Numbered from the stretch's first letter, positions 42,001-52,319 are shown. The stretch: DNA of 64,000 nt from Candidatus Poribacteria bacterium (GCA_965222225.1 CBDCTK010000002.1:4992001-5056000); one strand, 5' to 3'. The notes: generated by a model from the sequence alone, not told the origin. Translations and numbers: made by a program.

Positions 42001-45000
42001 TTCGGAGATCCGGCGACACGATTGGCACTACCAGATCTGGAAATTAAGGTCGAATTGGATGACTTTTCGTTGAATTCTAGAAAGCAACTAGTTGTTAAGC
42101 AGAATGTAATTGGACATAATGGGATTGTCCTAACAACGGGTAAGAGTAGATTCCTAAAAGCCACTGACTTCAGTACAGATCGGTTGTCGGCGGCAGTGCT
42201 ATTCGCAAATAATTTTGACGAAGATCCAAACAACGATCTATCCAGGCGGCAGGACGATCTCGATGTTTGGAAAGGCGACTTTGGCACCATTCGCTTTGAC
42301 GTGCCGCTTGGCGTGACAGCGGGGCGCGGGATTGTCCGACTCTTCGCTAGCGATGGCGAGCACACGGCTATAGGTGGCACGGAATTTTGGACGGAACAGC
42401 CGATTATTCATGACGTGCGAGAAGAATTGGGCACAGAAGCAGCCAATGCTCTAAATCTCCATGTGCAGATTGTGGATGATGCGGGGCAGGCTGGTATCAA
42501 GTCCGTTGATGTGGTCTGGAACGATACCGTTGAGTACAAAACGCGTACGACACCGATGGTACCCGATCCGCAATTCGCGATTCCCGTAATCAACGGAGGA
42601 CAGTGGTGGCGACTACAAACCCCAATTCCACTACCGCAGGATGAGCGGTCCGTCATCTACCAGATTCTCGCAACCGACCAAGACAAAAATATTGTTTTTT
42701 ACCCGTCGGAAACAGAGCGAAAAACTGTCAAGGTAGCGGCGAATGCCAATCTCGCCATTGCTCCGAATCCACCTGACGCTACTTCTATTCGCTATGTACG
42801 TTTGGAGGACGGCAACGTACCGGTCTTGATGGTCGATCTAATTAACGATGGAGGTAATGACGTTCCAGTAGATGTTGAGGTCTGGTTCACGGAGGGAAAT
42901 CCTGACCGAAATGTGGATTACCAAATTGACCGGGACGCAAAGGTAATCGGGAAAGTAGTGGTCAATACAAATGACTGGGAGCCAGGAGACACAGCCCATC
43001 AGAAAGTAACAGCTGTTTCAACTTTGAAGGAACCACTATCACGAGGGCACCACGAAATACATGTTTTTGTCGATCCTACACCGCCCGATCGCAATCCGGA
43101 GAATGGGGTTTTTGGAGCCCTTGATGAAACGCGTTCTGCGGACAACAGGGGGTCTCTTTCCTTTGATGTTAACGAGTTTACTTTGCAACCGGCGAGTGAA
43201 CTCACATGCGCCAGTTTAGACCGAGTATTTGAAGCTTTTTTCACAGTTGGTTCATTAAAGCCTACAACTCTCTCTGTTGATTCACTAGAGGCACCAATCT
43301 CCTCTCAGCCAGGCCTCAGATTTGTGGCTATTCCCCAGCCGGCCGGTGTGCAAGACATACTCATACGTCAAGGGGCCGGTGCCTCCCAGGCTTATGAAAT
43401 CAGCCTGCCGTCAACCGTTATGCAACTTGATCTGCCTATTGAAGTTAGATTTCGATTCGAAAGCGATTACCTTCATGACCAACTTAGCTTGCAACCCGAC
43501 GATGCCAACAACCAAGACGAGGTCATAAGCAAAATGGGAATCTATGCTTGGAAGGAACAGACAAAGACTTGGAAGCGCTTGCCATCAAAAACCCACTATC
43601 AGGAGAACGGGAATCTATTGAAGGAGAGATTTCTGACGCCAGCGCAAAAAAGAAACAGAAATCTTTACGAATTGCAGGTTACACAGATTCGGATCGATTC
43701 GCAGCGTACTCCCTTAGGGAAGTGGATCATACTCTTTATAGATTCGGATAGTTACATGGTTCTGCTACGTCAAACGGGTAGCACGAACATCAATCAGGTA
43801 GGTACGTTAGGGAAACCGGGTCAAATCTTCGTTAATAGCGACTTCGGTATTCAGCTAGAAATCAAAAGGGTGGAGGCGATTGAAAATAGTAGACAGTTTG
43901 AATTTGGGGATGTGCTAACTTTTGAAACCAAACTAGATCGGTTTGATCGTCTGATTGCGTCCGAAACAAGGAATAGCAATCGCGGTAATGGGTTTCCAGA
44001 ATTAAATTTAACGATTGAATCTGAGGATAATTTTCGATCCGGGAATTGGCTGATTCTTTTTAGAGACAACCAAACGTTTGAGATTCATGATAGCTCAACC
44101 CTTTCTGATGGCAAGCTTAGCGAGAACGTCGTACTCGGATCAATCAATGAGCCACTTTTCATGAGCGATCCTGGCATTGAGGCACTGATTACCCCCGGTG
44201 ACGAACCGTTTGCGCTTGGAGACAAATTCAAGTTCAGCACTAAAACGGTCAGCATAGTATCCACCGAGGTATCCGATCTCAATCCGTTCGCGCTTATGGC
44301 AAGTTCGGACACACGTTCACCCAGACTTAAGTTGTGGGTTGATGGCGAATCGTTGCATTCAGGTAGTGTTATTTCATCTCGGCCACAAATCTCCATGATT
44401 CTTGAAGATTTGAACGGGATTGATATGGACGCTTTCCGGTTTGTAGTTAGCAAGAATGGGGGACCATTTAAGGAAATCACCGAATTCACAATAACTAACC
44501 CGAAGCAAGCCACGGCAGTTACGATTTTCTATGCACCTGTTCTTTCTGTAGGTCGCTATCTCTATCGAATCTGGGCAAAGGATTTGAACGGGAATGAGCT
44601 TGGAAACGACGGCGGATATAGTGAGTTCCTTCTCTTTGTGGAGGAGCCACCCGATATAGAACCGCCAGAGGTTGAAATCCGCTTAAATCAAGAAATCTTA
44701 ACGGATGGGATGATTGTGCAAGAACAGCCCGAGATTGAGGTTCGATTTGCCGATAATTACGGAATAGATTCTACCACCATACAATTCTCGTTTGGCAAGG
44801 TGGGCGACGAACTTGTCTCGCTTCCGCGTGAGGCGTACGACTTGGTGTTTGATGAAGCACAGCCCGAGCACGGCACCATTGTCTATACACCAAGTCTGGC
44901 TAACGGCGAGTACCAGATTCAAATCTTCGCCAGTGACACGAGTGAAAATACCCACGAAGGAGAGGTAATCCGCTTTCAGCTAAACGAAGCCGTAGAGATT

Positions 45001-45285
45001 GAAGAGGTACGGAATGTTCCCAATCCAATACGTACCAATACCTTCTTTACCTACAATTTCGTGCAGAGACCGGAGCATGTTACCATCAAGATATACTCTG
45101 TCGCCGGCAAACTAGTTCGCACGATTGCAGACGCGTCGGCAAGACGGGGTTACAATGAGATGTACTGGGATGGGCGTGATGAAGATGGTAGGCGCTTGGC
45201 AAACGGCACCTATTTTTACAAGGTTACCGTTGGGGCGGAAAACCGGGAAATCGAAAGGATCGGCAGGCTCGCAATCTTGCGCTGA
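39073..45285 (+). CDS. Peptidase C25 (gingipain/PorU-like) giant secreted protein
   Basis: Propeptide-C25-like N-terminus; DYIVIS, YVLLVGD, PDMFIGRL, YSGHG (His), TTCLNG (Cys), LFGDP; C-terminal NVPNP...YWDGRD...LANGTYFY. Confidence 0.85.
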   Translation: MFRSLRVQLTIFRLLYPLIFLLCFNVPTWAEPIVRTVYADSVSLVVEFKLPELRFSDENSGGQTYSLISFNGAQHTLEAGYPKLPTYSQLIGIPVREIPHATIINSRFEIRPTKKVLPVQSDFVRQSEDSPVPSTVRYETNTDFYRQNRFYPTHLAEVVPVGFIRDQRVAQLKIHPIQYNPRLSKLKIYRELQIRIDFNQPASSVSQAFTTYQPSRPFEELFQTRLLNYNQAKAWRLVRQSQAQLASAFAEGNMEQRYKLTITRTGMYRVTYSRLERTGADASKIDLNTLKMETEGRLVGVYVIDKAEDGKFDRDDSIVFYGQELVGNKFTDTNVYWLSWNSPGSSRVGVVDAQQKTRSARIPVAFLKTERFERDIFHNSLEADDVRSELADHYFWASFKGGDSKPFPINIPGAIPRQLINRLATIRVKLQGASLYTHKARFLLNNKSIGRTQDWRRQADILTIHEFQQRQFLLHDATNELTVIAEDNARLSSDKAEFYVDWFEVDYWHSFKALSGALEFNSTTEPESNGIVRYRVDNLRASEVDVYKIDNGSIVAKLVNGRIDGSSSPNFRITFEDMVTQPLSYFVLDDRAYHSVTRIVPAKPPTLRDPANQADYIVISHKDFINSIQPLVKFRRSQGYSVIVVDIDDVYEQFNHGVFSPFAIQQFLRYAYTSWQQPAPSYVLLVGDAHYDYKRATVALYRLDNRTFNLYPIYVPTIHGWAPVSGETAMDHRFVTVSGEDTLPDMFIGRLSVQYAHELDAMVKKLIDYEQNPKFGVWQRTLAQVADDEKSNSIDWIFEESRDRLIKEFIPVAYDTREIYLRKIESPDRTNGLIFKAIEEGSLILEYSGHGGSDTWADEGIFRIENIKRLRNQRLPFVVTTTCLNGQFDKPLQFGQRCLSEEFMMGRYGALGTLSATRLTFATANAVFDEDLFNSIFNVKPSTLGAITADAKIKFIGSAVSNNRLSWIPGAEQYTLFGDPATRLALPDLEIKVELDDFSLNSRKQLVVKQNVIGHNGIVLTTGKSRFLKATDFSTDRLSAAVLFANNFDEDPNNDLSRRQDDLDVWKGDFGTIRFDVPLGVTAGRGIVRLFASDGEHTAIGGTEFWTEQPIIHDVREELGTEAANALNLHVQIVDDAGQAGIKSVDVVWNDTVEYKTRTTPMVPDPQFAIPVINGGQWWRLQTPIPLPQDERSVIYQILATDQDKNIVFYPSETERKTVKVAANANLAIAPNPPDATSIRYVRLEDGNVPVLMVDLINDGGNDVPVDVEVWFTEGNPDRNVDYQIDRDAKVIGKVVVNTNDWEPGDTAHQKVTAVSTLKEPLSRGHHEIHVFVDPTPPDRNPENGVFGALDETRSADNRGSLSFDVNEFTLQPASELTCASLDRVFEAFFTVGSLKPTTLSVDSLEAPISSQPGLRFVAIPQPAGVQDILIRQGAGASQAYEISLPSTVMQLDLPIEVRFRFESDYLHDQLSLQPDDANNQDEVISKMGIYAWKEQTKTWKRLPSKTHYQENGNLLKERFLTPAQKRNRNLYELQVTQIRIDSQRTPLGKWIILFIDSDSYMVLLRQTGSTNINQVGTLGKPGQIFVNSDFGIQLEIKRVEAIENSRQFEFGDVLTFETKLDRFDRLIASETRNSNRGNGFPELNLTIESEDNFRSGNWLILFRDNQTFEIHDSSTLSDGKLSENVVLGSINEPLFMSDPGIEALITPGDEPFALGDKFKFSTKTVSIVSTEVSDLNPFALMASSDTRSPRLKLWVDGESLHSGSVISSRPQISMILEDLNGIDMDAFRFVVSKNGGPFKEITEFTITNPKQATAVTIFYAPVLSVGRYLYRIWAKDLNGNELGNDGGYSEFLLFVEEPPDIEPPEVEIRLNQEILTDGMIVQEQPEIEVRFADNYGIDSTTIQFSFGKVGDELVSLPREAYDLVFDEAQPEHGTIVYTPSLANGEYQIQIFASDTSENTHEGEVIRFQLNEAVEIEEVRNVPNPIRTNTFFTYNFVQRPEHVTIKIYSVAGKLVRTIADASARRGYNEMYWDGRDEDGRRLANGTYFYKVTVGAENREIERIGRLAILR

Positions 45286-45349
45286 GAAATTGTCAATTAG
45301 AAAGTGTACACTAGATATTAATCGAATTATCCCTATTGGTTTTCCACAC

Positions 45350-46042
45350 ATGTCAAACCAAAACCATAAACCCCATGTCTTCTTGAACATGGCGATGAGT
45401 CTTGATGGAAAGATTTCGACGCGCGATGACACGGGCCCTCGCTTTACGAGCAGTGCCGACAAAGTTCGACTAAGAGAAATCCGAACTCGATCGGATGCCA
45501 TCCTTGTGGGTGCAAGAACGATTGTTGTCGACAATCCAACATTCACGGAACATGGAATCTACAAGGATGAACGTGTCCAACGTGGCATTTCACCCCAGCC
45601 AATCAAAGTGGTAGTTAGCGGTACCGGGAGTGTGCCGGAATCTGCTCGTATGTTCCAGCCAAATGGCGCGCCAGCGCTCGTCTTTACTACGAAACGCACC
45701 GTCTCAAATCGCCTAAAAATCTTGGGCAGTGTGGCAGATGCAGTACATATTGTAGGGGACGAGGAAGTTGATTTCCTACAAATCGTTGATATTCTGGCCC
45801 GGACATACGGCGTGAAGAAATTGCTGATTGAAGGGGGCGGGCAAGTCAACTTCGCTATGTTTCGCGCACAACTCATCAACGAAGTCTATCTCACCCTTTC
45901 TCCGCGAGTAATCGGTGGACGTAATGTTCCAACGCCTGTTGGGGGGGCAGGATTCAACTTTATCAACTTAGTCGAGCTTGAACTGTTGGACCATCAAGTT
46001 GTCAACAACGAGATTTTTCTCCATTATCGTGTTCGTTCATAA
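45350..46042 (+). CDS. RibD C-terminal reductase domain protein
   Basis: AMSLDGKI, DAILVGART, LIEGGG. Confidence 0.85.
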   Translation: MSNQNHKPHVFLNMAMSLDGKISTRDDTGPRFTSSADKVRLREIRTRSDAILVGARTIVVDNPTFTEHGIYKDERVQRGISPQPIKVVVSGTGSVPESARMFQPNGAPALVFTTKRTVSNRLKILGSVADAVHIVGDEEVDFLQIVDILARTYGVKKLLIEGGGQVNFAMFRAQLINEVYLTLSPRVIGGRNVPTPVGGAGFNFINLVELELLDHQVVNNEIFLHYRVRS

Positions 46043-46113
46043 CAATCGAGAAAACGCCTAAAGTTGTGTGTACTAGGGTGAACGCTTCGTTTAGGATTCA
46101 ATTTCTGCATCAC

Positions 46114-46689
46114 CTACAGGTACCGCTGAATCTGATGAAAACTGTTGGGATCCAGTTTCCGATAGTCCGGGAGATCATAACGATTTCCTCGAACATCCGT
46201 TACGAGAATCCGTGCTGGCGGGACCTGTTTGATATTTTGGTGCAGCCCTCGGACAGAAAAGGTGGTTTTCCCCCGTGAAGTCTCCGTCTCCCATGCATGG
46301 ACGCCAAATCGCTCTTTAACTCGGTGAATCTTGGTTATGACGGGCGTGAAATATCGCTTATCCAGCTCCTCACGAACAATTTTGCGGCTTTCGAAATTTA
46401 GCTCTGAGGGGTCCACGACGATACCAATTTCCATTTCGTCTCCGACGCCAAACGAAATATAATGTTCAGGGTCACTGAGTGGGAGAATTCGCCGGAACGC
46501 TACACGCGGATAGCATACCTCGTCCCGAATTTCAAGGCGCGGCGATCCCATCGGTGAACGAAACAACAGTATTTTATCAGGGTTTAAGTATTTCGGCGTG
46601 AAGTCGTCGTCATCAAAATCAGGCACGAGCACCGATTTTGAGTCTCCGCTGGGAATGGCCCTTTGCTTGTCCTGTTTTTCACTGTCCAT
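46114..46689 (-). CDS. DUF1854 family protein
   Basis: RILPLSDPEHYISF, ELDKRYFTPVI, WETETSRG, DVRGNRY; directly downstream of the ABC transporter. Confidence 0.78.
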   Translation of the reverse strand: MDSEKQDKQRAIPSGDSKSVLVPDFDDDDFTPKYLNPDKILLFRSPMGSPRLEIRDEVCYPRVAFRRILPLSDPEHYISFGVGDEMEIGIVVDPSELNFESRKIVREELDKRYFTPVITKIHRVKERFGVHAWETETSRGKTTFSVRGLHQNIKQVPPARILVTDVRGNRYDLPDYRKLDPNSFHQIQRYL

Positions 46690-46813
46690 AGATTACTCCC
46701 AAATCTATTCAATCATCGGCGGGCGATTTCGGACACTGAGGCAGTAATTGGTGGCGGTGGCGGAAAAATGTTATCGCCACTGTCATCAGTCGTTGCTTCG
46801 AATGCCATACCGG

Positions 46814-49135
46814 TTACCGCTCGACTAACTGTGCCTCCGAGCGGATTTCAGAAGCCTGTCGTTGCGTTTCGACAAGCTTAAAATATATCCCTTTCTTTTC
46901 CATTAGCTCTTCGTGCGAACCACATTCAGCGCCTCGCCCCTTTTCGATGACAAAGAGACGGTCGGCGCTACGCAAAGTCGAGAGGCGATGGGCAATTGCG
47001 AAAGTGGTTCGGTTTTGAACGAGCCGGTCGATTGCTTGTTGAATCTTCTTCTCCGTCTGTACATCAACTGATGAAGTTGCCTCGTCCAGAATCAGGATGC
47101 GCGGATTGTGCAGGATCGCCCGCGCAATGGAGATGCGCTGGCGTTCGCCTCCCGAAAGTTGTCCTCCCCGCTCGCCGACTTCTGCATCGTAGCCGTCGGG
47201 AAATTTCACGATGAATTCGTGTGCATTTGCAGCCTTCGACGCCGAGATGATTTCCTCCATCGTCGCGTCCGGTTTTGCGTAGGCAATGTTTTCTGCTATC
47301 GTGCCGCTGAAGAGAAACGGTTCCTGAAGGACAACTCCGATCTGGCGCCGCAAATCTTCAAGCCGAATCTTCGTAACATCGTCTCCATCAATGTAGATTC
47401 TGCCAGAATCGGGTGTATAAAACCGGCAGATTAGATTGATCATTGTTGACTTGCCTGCACCAGAATGTCCAACCAATCCGATCATTTCACCGCTCTTCAC
47501 ATGGAGGTTGATGTTCCGGAGTACGGGGTTATGTGAATCGTAGCCAAAGGTCATGTTTCGAAATTCGACTTCGCCTTTAAGTTCGGGCAAAGTGATGAGC
47601 GTACCATCGTCGACTTGCTCCGGTTCGGAGTCGATGACTTCAAAGACGCGTTCCGCTGCGGTCATTGACCGTGATGCCCAATTGATTATCGGGCTAATAT
47701 GTCGCAGCGGGCCGTAAAACATTGCCAAATATGAGTTAAATGCGAAGAGTGTACCTAGGGTCATATCACCTGCAATCACCTGAAGTCCGCCAGCGAACCA
47801 AGCGATAAGTGAACCCAGATGCACGACAAATGCCAGAGGAGGGTAATATGTCGCCCAAACGGTCTCCGCGTAGGTGTCGTAACTCCGGGCGTCTTCATTC
47901 GCGACCGAGAACCGCCCAATCTCGCCCGTCTGCCGACCAAATGCGCGAACAACACGAATCCCGGAAATGGAGTCGTTCACAATGTCATACAACTTGGATC
48001 TCCGGCGCCAAGCCCGGTGCCACAGATGGTGTACCTTCTTCCAGAACCAGCGCGCGCCGATGACAATCAGCGGGATTGGTATGAGGATAAAACATGAGAG
48101 CCGCCAGTTCATCCAGAAGAGCATAACGCCAATCCCAAAAATCATCAAGAGATCGACAGCCACGAACTGAAGAAATTCTAACAGAAACCATTGGAGGCGC
48201 TGACTATCTTCAGTGATGTGGGAGATCACAGTCCCAGTCTTACGCTTGTCGAAGAATCGAATGGCGAGACTCTGAAGTCGAGTATATATTTGGCTTCGAA
48301 TGTCTGCTGTCATGCGTAGCGTAAGCCACGCACTCAAGCGTCCCAGCAGAATCTCAAAGAGGGAATTGATAATGTGGACTATCATGAGACACCCGACAGC
48401 GACTGCGAGGGCGATCGAAGCTGTTCGTATCTGGCGGAAAACCTGGCCTAGCCAAGTTTCCGAAACCCCCTGCGCCGCTGTTGCCGGATTATTCAATGCA
48501 AGCACATCATCAACGAGGATGCGTTGTAATTGGGGCGGCACAAGCTGAAGGGTCATTGAACCAAGCACACACACAATTACCACCGTCGCTGGCAACTTGT
48601 ACGGCTTCAAATAACTTAGTATGCGCAGCAGCACGCGATGCTTCTTCGTGCATGCGGGGCAAGGTGAAAACTCATCGCGTAGTGGCAAGCCACATGATTG
48701 GCAGAATTTCTTTTCTTCTTTATAGTTCCAAACTGGAGCTTCGTCTCGTTTCCCTTGGCGATATTCGATTTCTTCACTCAGGAATTGTGCGATGTATCCC
48801 AGCTTAGGCGCAAGTCCGTTGGAATATCGGAGGAAATCAACAGCGTCCGCCTCCTTCTCCAGAACAAGGATACCCCCATCAACAACCGCTTCTGCCCGTA
48901 TTCCGGTTACCTCTTTATACGGGACACGATGCAGGATATTTCCTGTTGCGTCGAGTGCTAACACGTCCATCCCAGTCAGTACAAACCAGCTTTCACCAAA
49001 GGATCCGCCCGGTTCAAGGTCGCTCCTTGCGGCAAAGCGCACGGTTTCGATGCCAATGCCTTTGTCCGGAAGAGCTTTCTCAATTACGTCGGGTAAGGTG
49101 TCTAACGTCGGCGTTCCATTTTCTGTTGTTGACAT
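46814..49135 (-). CDS. ABC transporter (fused permease-ATPase) with N-terminal extension and zinc ribbon
   Basis: GHSGAGKST, LSGGERQR, ILDEATS; CQSC...CPAC ribbon before the membrane domain. Confidence 0.92.
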   Translation of the reverse strand: MSTTENGTPTLDTLPDVIEKALPDKGIGIETVRFAARSDLEPGGSFGESWFVLTGMDVLALDATGNILHRVPYKEVTGIRAEAVVDGGILVLEKEADAVDFLRYSNGLAPKLGYIAQFLSEEIEYRQGKRDEAPVWNYKEEKKFCQSCGLPLRDEFSPCPACTKKHRVLLRILSYLKPYKLPATVVIVCVLGSMTLQLVPPQLQRILVDDVLALNNPATAAQGVSETWLGQVFRQIRTASIALAVAVGCLMIVHIINSLFEILLGRLSAWLTLRMTADIRSQIYTRLQSLAIRFFDKRKTGTVISHITEDSQRLQWFLLEFLQFVAVDLLMIFGIGVMLFWMNWRLSCFILIPIPLIVIGARWFWKKVHHLWHRAWRRRSKLYDIVNDSISGIRVVRAFGRQTGEIGRFSVANEDARSYDTYAETVWATYYPPLAFVVHLGSLIAWFAGGLQVIAGDMTLGTLFAFNSYLAMFYGPLRHISPIINWASRSMTAAERVFEVIDSEPEQVDDGTLITLPELKGEVEFRNMTFGYDSHNPVLRNINLHVKSGEMIGLVGHSGAGKSTMINLICRFYTPDSGRIYIDGDDVTKIRLEDLRRQIGVVLQEPFLFSGTIAENIAYAKPDATMEEIISASKAANAHEFIVKFPDGYDAEVGERGGQLSGGERQRISIARAILHNPRILILDEATSSVDVQTEKKIQQAIDRLVQNRTTFAIAHRLSTLRSADRLFVIEKGRGAECGSHEELMEKKGIYFKLVETQRQASEIRSEAQLVER

Positions 49136-49359
49136 TAAAATTTCCTACAGTAAAAGATACTTGGAGATAGGAGGTCAAATTACTAGCCTCGTTCTTGGGA
49201 TGGAGATGCTTGTGATTGGTCGTCCCAATGCCTTCCCTTGTTTTTTCCGAAAAAGTGTAGTATTATCCTGTCGGAATTATGGTCAATACCAGCCGGGCTG
49301 TGGCCAATGTACCTCCGTAATAAACAGGTCCAAGCTACCAATCATTGAAAGACATCAAA

Positions 49360-49884
49360 ATGGTTGATGCCGTTGAAAATGACAGAAATCAGATTGTCGA
49401 AAACCTGAGAGTTTTTGGCATCTGTTACCTAGCTTCAGATGAAATAATACAGGGAACTAGAGATCGCATTCCTGTGCAAGTCTTAATCAAGCGAATCGCA
49501 GAAAGCTCTGACCCGCGCCTTCGGCTAGCTCTTATCGCTTTGTTTATTCGGCATCCAAGAAAGTCTTCAGTTGTGCCAGACGTTGAAGAACTGCTAGACG
49601 AACCGGCGTGTACAGAGCTGAAAACGTCCTATATGGCGGCAGTATGCCTACAGCGGTTTTTGATCCCTCGATTAAAACTCTACATGAAAGACTTTCCTCT
49701 CCTACCGGACCTGTATTCCAAGGAACTTTCCCTTCCTGAACCTGAAGACCGACACGGCAAGAACGATCTATATGCACTCACAGATTGGCATGCGAGCCGA
49801 TCGTCGTATCACTTCAACTGGCGTGCCTCTTGTCTCAAAGTGATGGACTTGCTATTTGCCCAGTTAAGAATAGGAGGAAAGTAA
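49360..49884 (+). CDS. Hypothetical protein (partner of the nucleotidyltransferase pseudogene)
   Basis: ORF with DPRLRLALIALF; stop overlaps the next ATG (TAATG). Confidence 0.6.
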   Translation: MVDAVENDRNQIVENLRVFGICYLASDEIIQGTRDRIPVQVLIKRIAESSDPRLRLALIALFIRHPRKSSVVPDVEELLDEPACTELKTSYMAAVCLQRFLIPRLKLYMKDFPLLPDLYSKELSLPEPEDRHGKNDLYALTDWHASRSSYHFNWRASCLKVMDLLFAQLRIGGK

Positions 49885-50427
49885 TGAGTTTTCGCGACTC
49901 GGTGGATCGCCACCGGGTTGAGGAGTTCCTCAACCAACTTGGAAAGCGTTTTAGGGGTGCAGGGCAAGTTATCTCGTTGGCGGGACAACGATGGTTTATG
50001 AAGGATTCTCAAAACAGATACTGGACATTGAGTAAACTTTTGATTTGCATCCTGCAGACCACTCTGATTTTATCCGGATCTGCGCGAACTCAAGGAGGAG
50101 TTACATGTGAATGTAGAGGAAGCGTCACCAGATCGCTTTATCTCACTGCCGTCCGGCTACGAGACGCGTTGCCAGCTCCTGGCCCAGTATGGCAAACTTG
50201 AGGTTTTCCATTTCGATCCCTACAGCATGGCGCTCACCAAATTGAACGTGCTACTGCAGAAGATTTCTCAGACGTGTTGGCACTCCTCGAACATAATTGG
50301 ATAAAGATTGAGATGCTTGAAGAAACCTTCCGAGAGATTGTTCCGCGTTATGCCACTGAGAGTTTAAGGGGCGATTCTCGTGAGTTTGAGCGGAAGTTCT
50401 AAGCGCTGGAAAAATGTGGGGCACTGA
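49884..50427 (+). pseudogene. DUF6036-like nucleotidyltransferase, frameshifted
   Basis: Reading across frames gives YLVGGTTMV...LDIE*, VNVEEASP..FI.LP.G, FHFDPYSMALTK/IER...D; several frameshifts and stops. Confidence 0.7.
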
Positions 50428-50477
50428 ATAGTCCGTTGGCTATTTGCCCGGGCCTCGCAGTTTCGCTCAAAATCTAT

Positions 50478-52319
50478 CTAGTTGTCATCCTCACGCTCAC
50501 TGAGCAACTCACCGCGCGCTAGTCGCTCCGCGTTCTCTGTTGACCACAGAATACCCTTCATCAGTTTTTGCGCTGTGATGTATCGGGTAGCTGCCATAAG
50601 GTGCATTCGTTTTTCTATCGGGTCATCTGACAAGTCGTAGTGTCTAAACGCAACTTCTAGCACTTGGAACATGTGAAGTTCGGCATCTTCACGAAGCAGG
50701 ATGTGCGCCAGTGTGCGTCGGAGTTTACGTATATCGTGCCCCTCTTCAAGATACTGGCTAACTAAAATCTCGGCTTCATAGACCTTCTGAAAATCCGCGA
50801 ACTCTTGGAGGCGTTCCAGCATTTTATCCACAGAGGCGAATTCTTCATCGAGTCGTTGTCCCAGCCTTGGAATACGGGCAGCAGGCATGTTTAACCAGCG
50901 GACGTACGCAAGGAAGACCGCACCGTGAAAGATACCTCGCAACAGTTCTTTGCTTGGCGCATAGTGGAAGGCACAGTAGAGCGCGTGGGCGTATGAATAA
51001 ATATTCGCGACATCGTGCCAATCACCCTCGTTCTTCAGGTGGAAACGCGCAGTGCGGATAGCAGATGCGTAGGTCATTGCGCGGCAAATCTCAACCGGAT
51101 TTACGCCCGCACGTAATGTTCGCTCGATTTCCTCGACAATTGGCACGAAATCGCTGGCAAGCATCGTCTGCGCAAACTCTGAAGTGTCAAGGGAAGCGTG
51201 GCTGGACTGATTCTCGGTCCATATATCATCTAGTCGCTCGAAAATTGGTTCCAAGACGGGCACTGCGTCCGCCCAACGCGATGTCTCCTCATGCCGTGTC
51301 CGACTGGCGAGATCAACGACGATTGGACGCAGCATTTCGTGGGCGCCCTCCCATTCGATATAATCCAACGCCTCGAACATTTTGTTAGCGAAATCAAGTG
51401 CGTGGCCATCGCCTGTGAAGTAGAAGTCCGTTGCCGCTGTAAACACAAAATCGGCAATCACTGATTTGTCATAGCCACGATCTCGGAGTGTCAACAGAAT
51501 GCGTTCTGCCGCCCCGGCATGGCGCTTATCGACAAAATACCGGAACCACCGCTTCAAAGTGCCGAGATCGTGTTTCTCGTCCGTGCGTGGGAACGGTGCG
51601 CGATAGGGACGTGAACTTCCCGTTGTTCGATTACTAATCTGAGTCAGCCCATGTACCAAAAATAGGTTGTGATCCTTGTCGTTTACCTCATCCCAAAGGT
51701 TTGCTGCAAGTGTCAATATTGTGACGCCAGACGACCAGCCCTCGCTGCTCTTGTTCGCCCCGTAGTATAGACCTTGTTGAATAATCTCTTGTGGAGTTGC
51801 TTCTGCATCGTTAAGCGCTGTGACCGCCTTCGCAATAAAGAACGAACTTCGATCTTTAAGCCCACGCTCAAGTGCACGTTTGCCTCGGTCTATCACGCGA
51901 CGTTTTGCCGCCTCTTTCTCCCACCCCGCTAATCCGACGTACACATTGCCGTCGTCTCGCAACTCAACGGGAAATGCTTTCAAGTCGTCACCGGACGCCA
52001 AAAAACATCCGCCAGATTTCAGATCAAATTCCCAGTGGTGCCAGTGACAGATTAGTACGCCGTCTCTGATACTGCCTTCCGACATGGGATAGCCCATGTG
52101 CGGACAACGGTTGTCAACAGCATAAAATTTGCTTCCATATCGGAAAACAGCAAGATGTGTACCGTTCACATGAAACGGTTTACCTTCGCCCTGTTCAAAC
52201 GATTGGGCGGCGCATAGTTTGTGATACACGAGATTGGTTTGGTCTACATAGTCAATTGACGGATCCTCAATATGGATTGAACCAGCAACGGTCTCTTGTG
52301 GTACGACAGTTGAAGCCAT
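50478..52319 (-). CDS. Rieske [2Fe-2S] domain fused to a large helical His-rich domain
   Basis: CPH...CHWH Rieske motif; GGAGG RBS before ATG 52319. Confidence 0.82.
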   Translation of the reverse strand: MASTVVPQETVAGSIHIEDPSIDYVDQTNLVYHKLCAAQSFEQGEGKPFHVNGTHLAVFRYGSKFYAVDNRCPHMGYPMSEGSIRDGVLICHWHHWEFDLKSGGCFLASGDDLKAFPVELRDDGNVYVGLAGWEKEAAKRRVIDRGKRALERGLKDRSSFFIAKAVTALNDAEATPQEIIQQGLYYGANKSSEGWSSGVTILTLAANLWDEVNDKDHNLFLVHGLTQISNRTTGSSRPYRAPFPRTDEKHDLGTLKRWFRYFVDKRHAGAAERILLTLRDRGYDKSVIADFVFTAATDFYFTGDGHALDFANKMFEALDYIEWEGAHEMLRPIVVDLASRTRHEETSRWADAVPVLEPIFERLDDIWTENQSSHASLDTSEFAQTMLASDFVPIVEEIERTLRAGVNPVEICRAMTYASAIRTARFHLKNEGDWHDVANIYSYAHALYCAFHYAPSKELLRGIFHGAVFLAYVRWLNMPAARIPRLGQRLDEEFASVDKMLERLQEFADFQKVYEAEILVSQYLEEGHDIRKLRRTLAHILLREDAELHMFQVLEVAFRHYDLSDDPIEKRMHLMAATRYITAQKLMKGILWSTENAERLARGELLSEREDDN

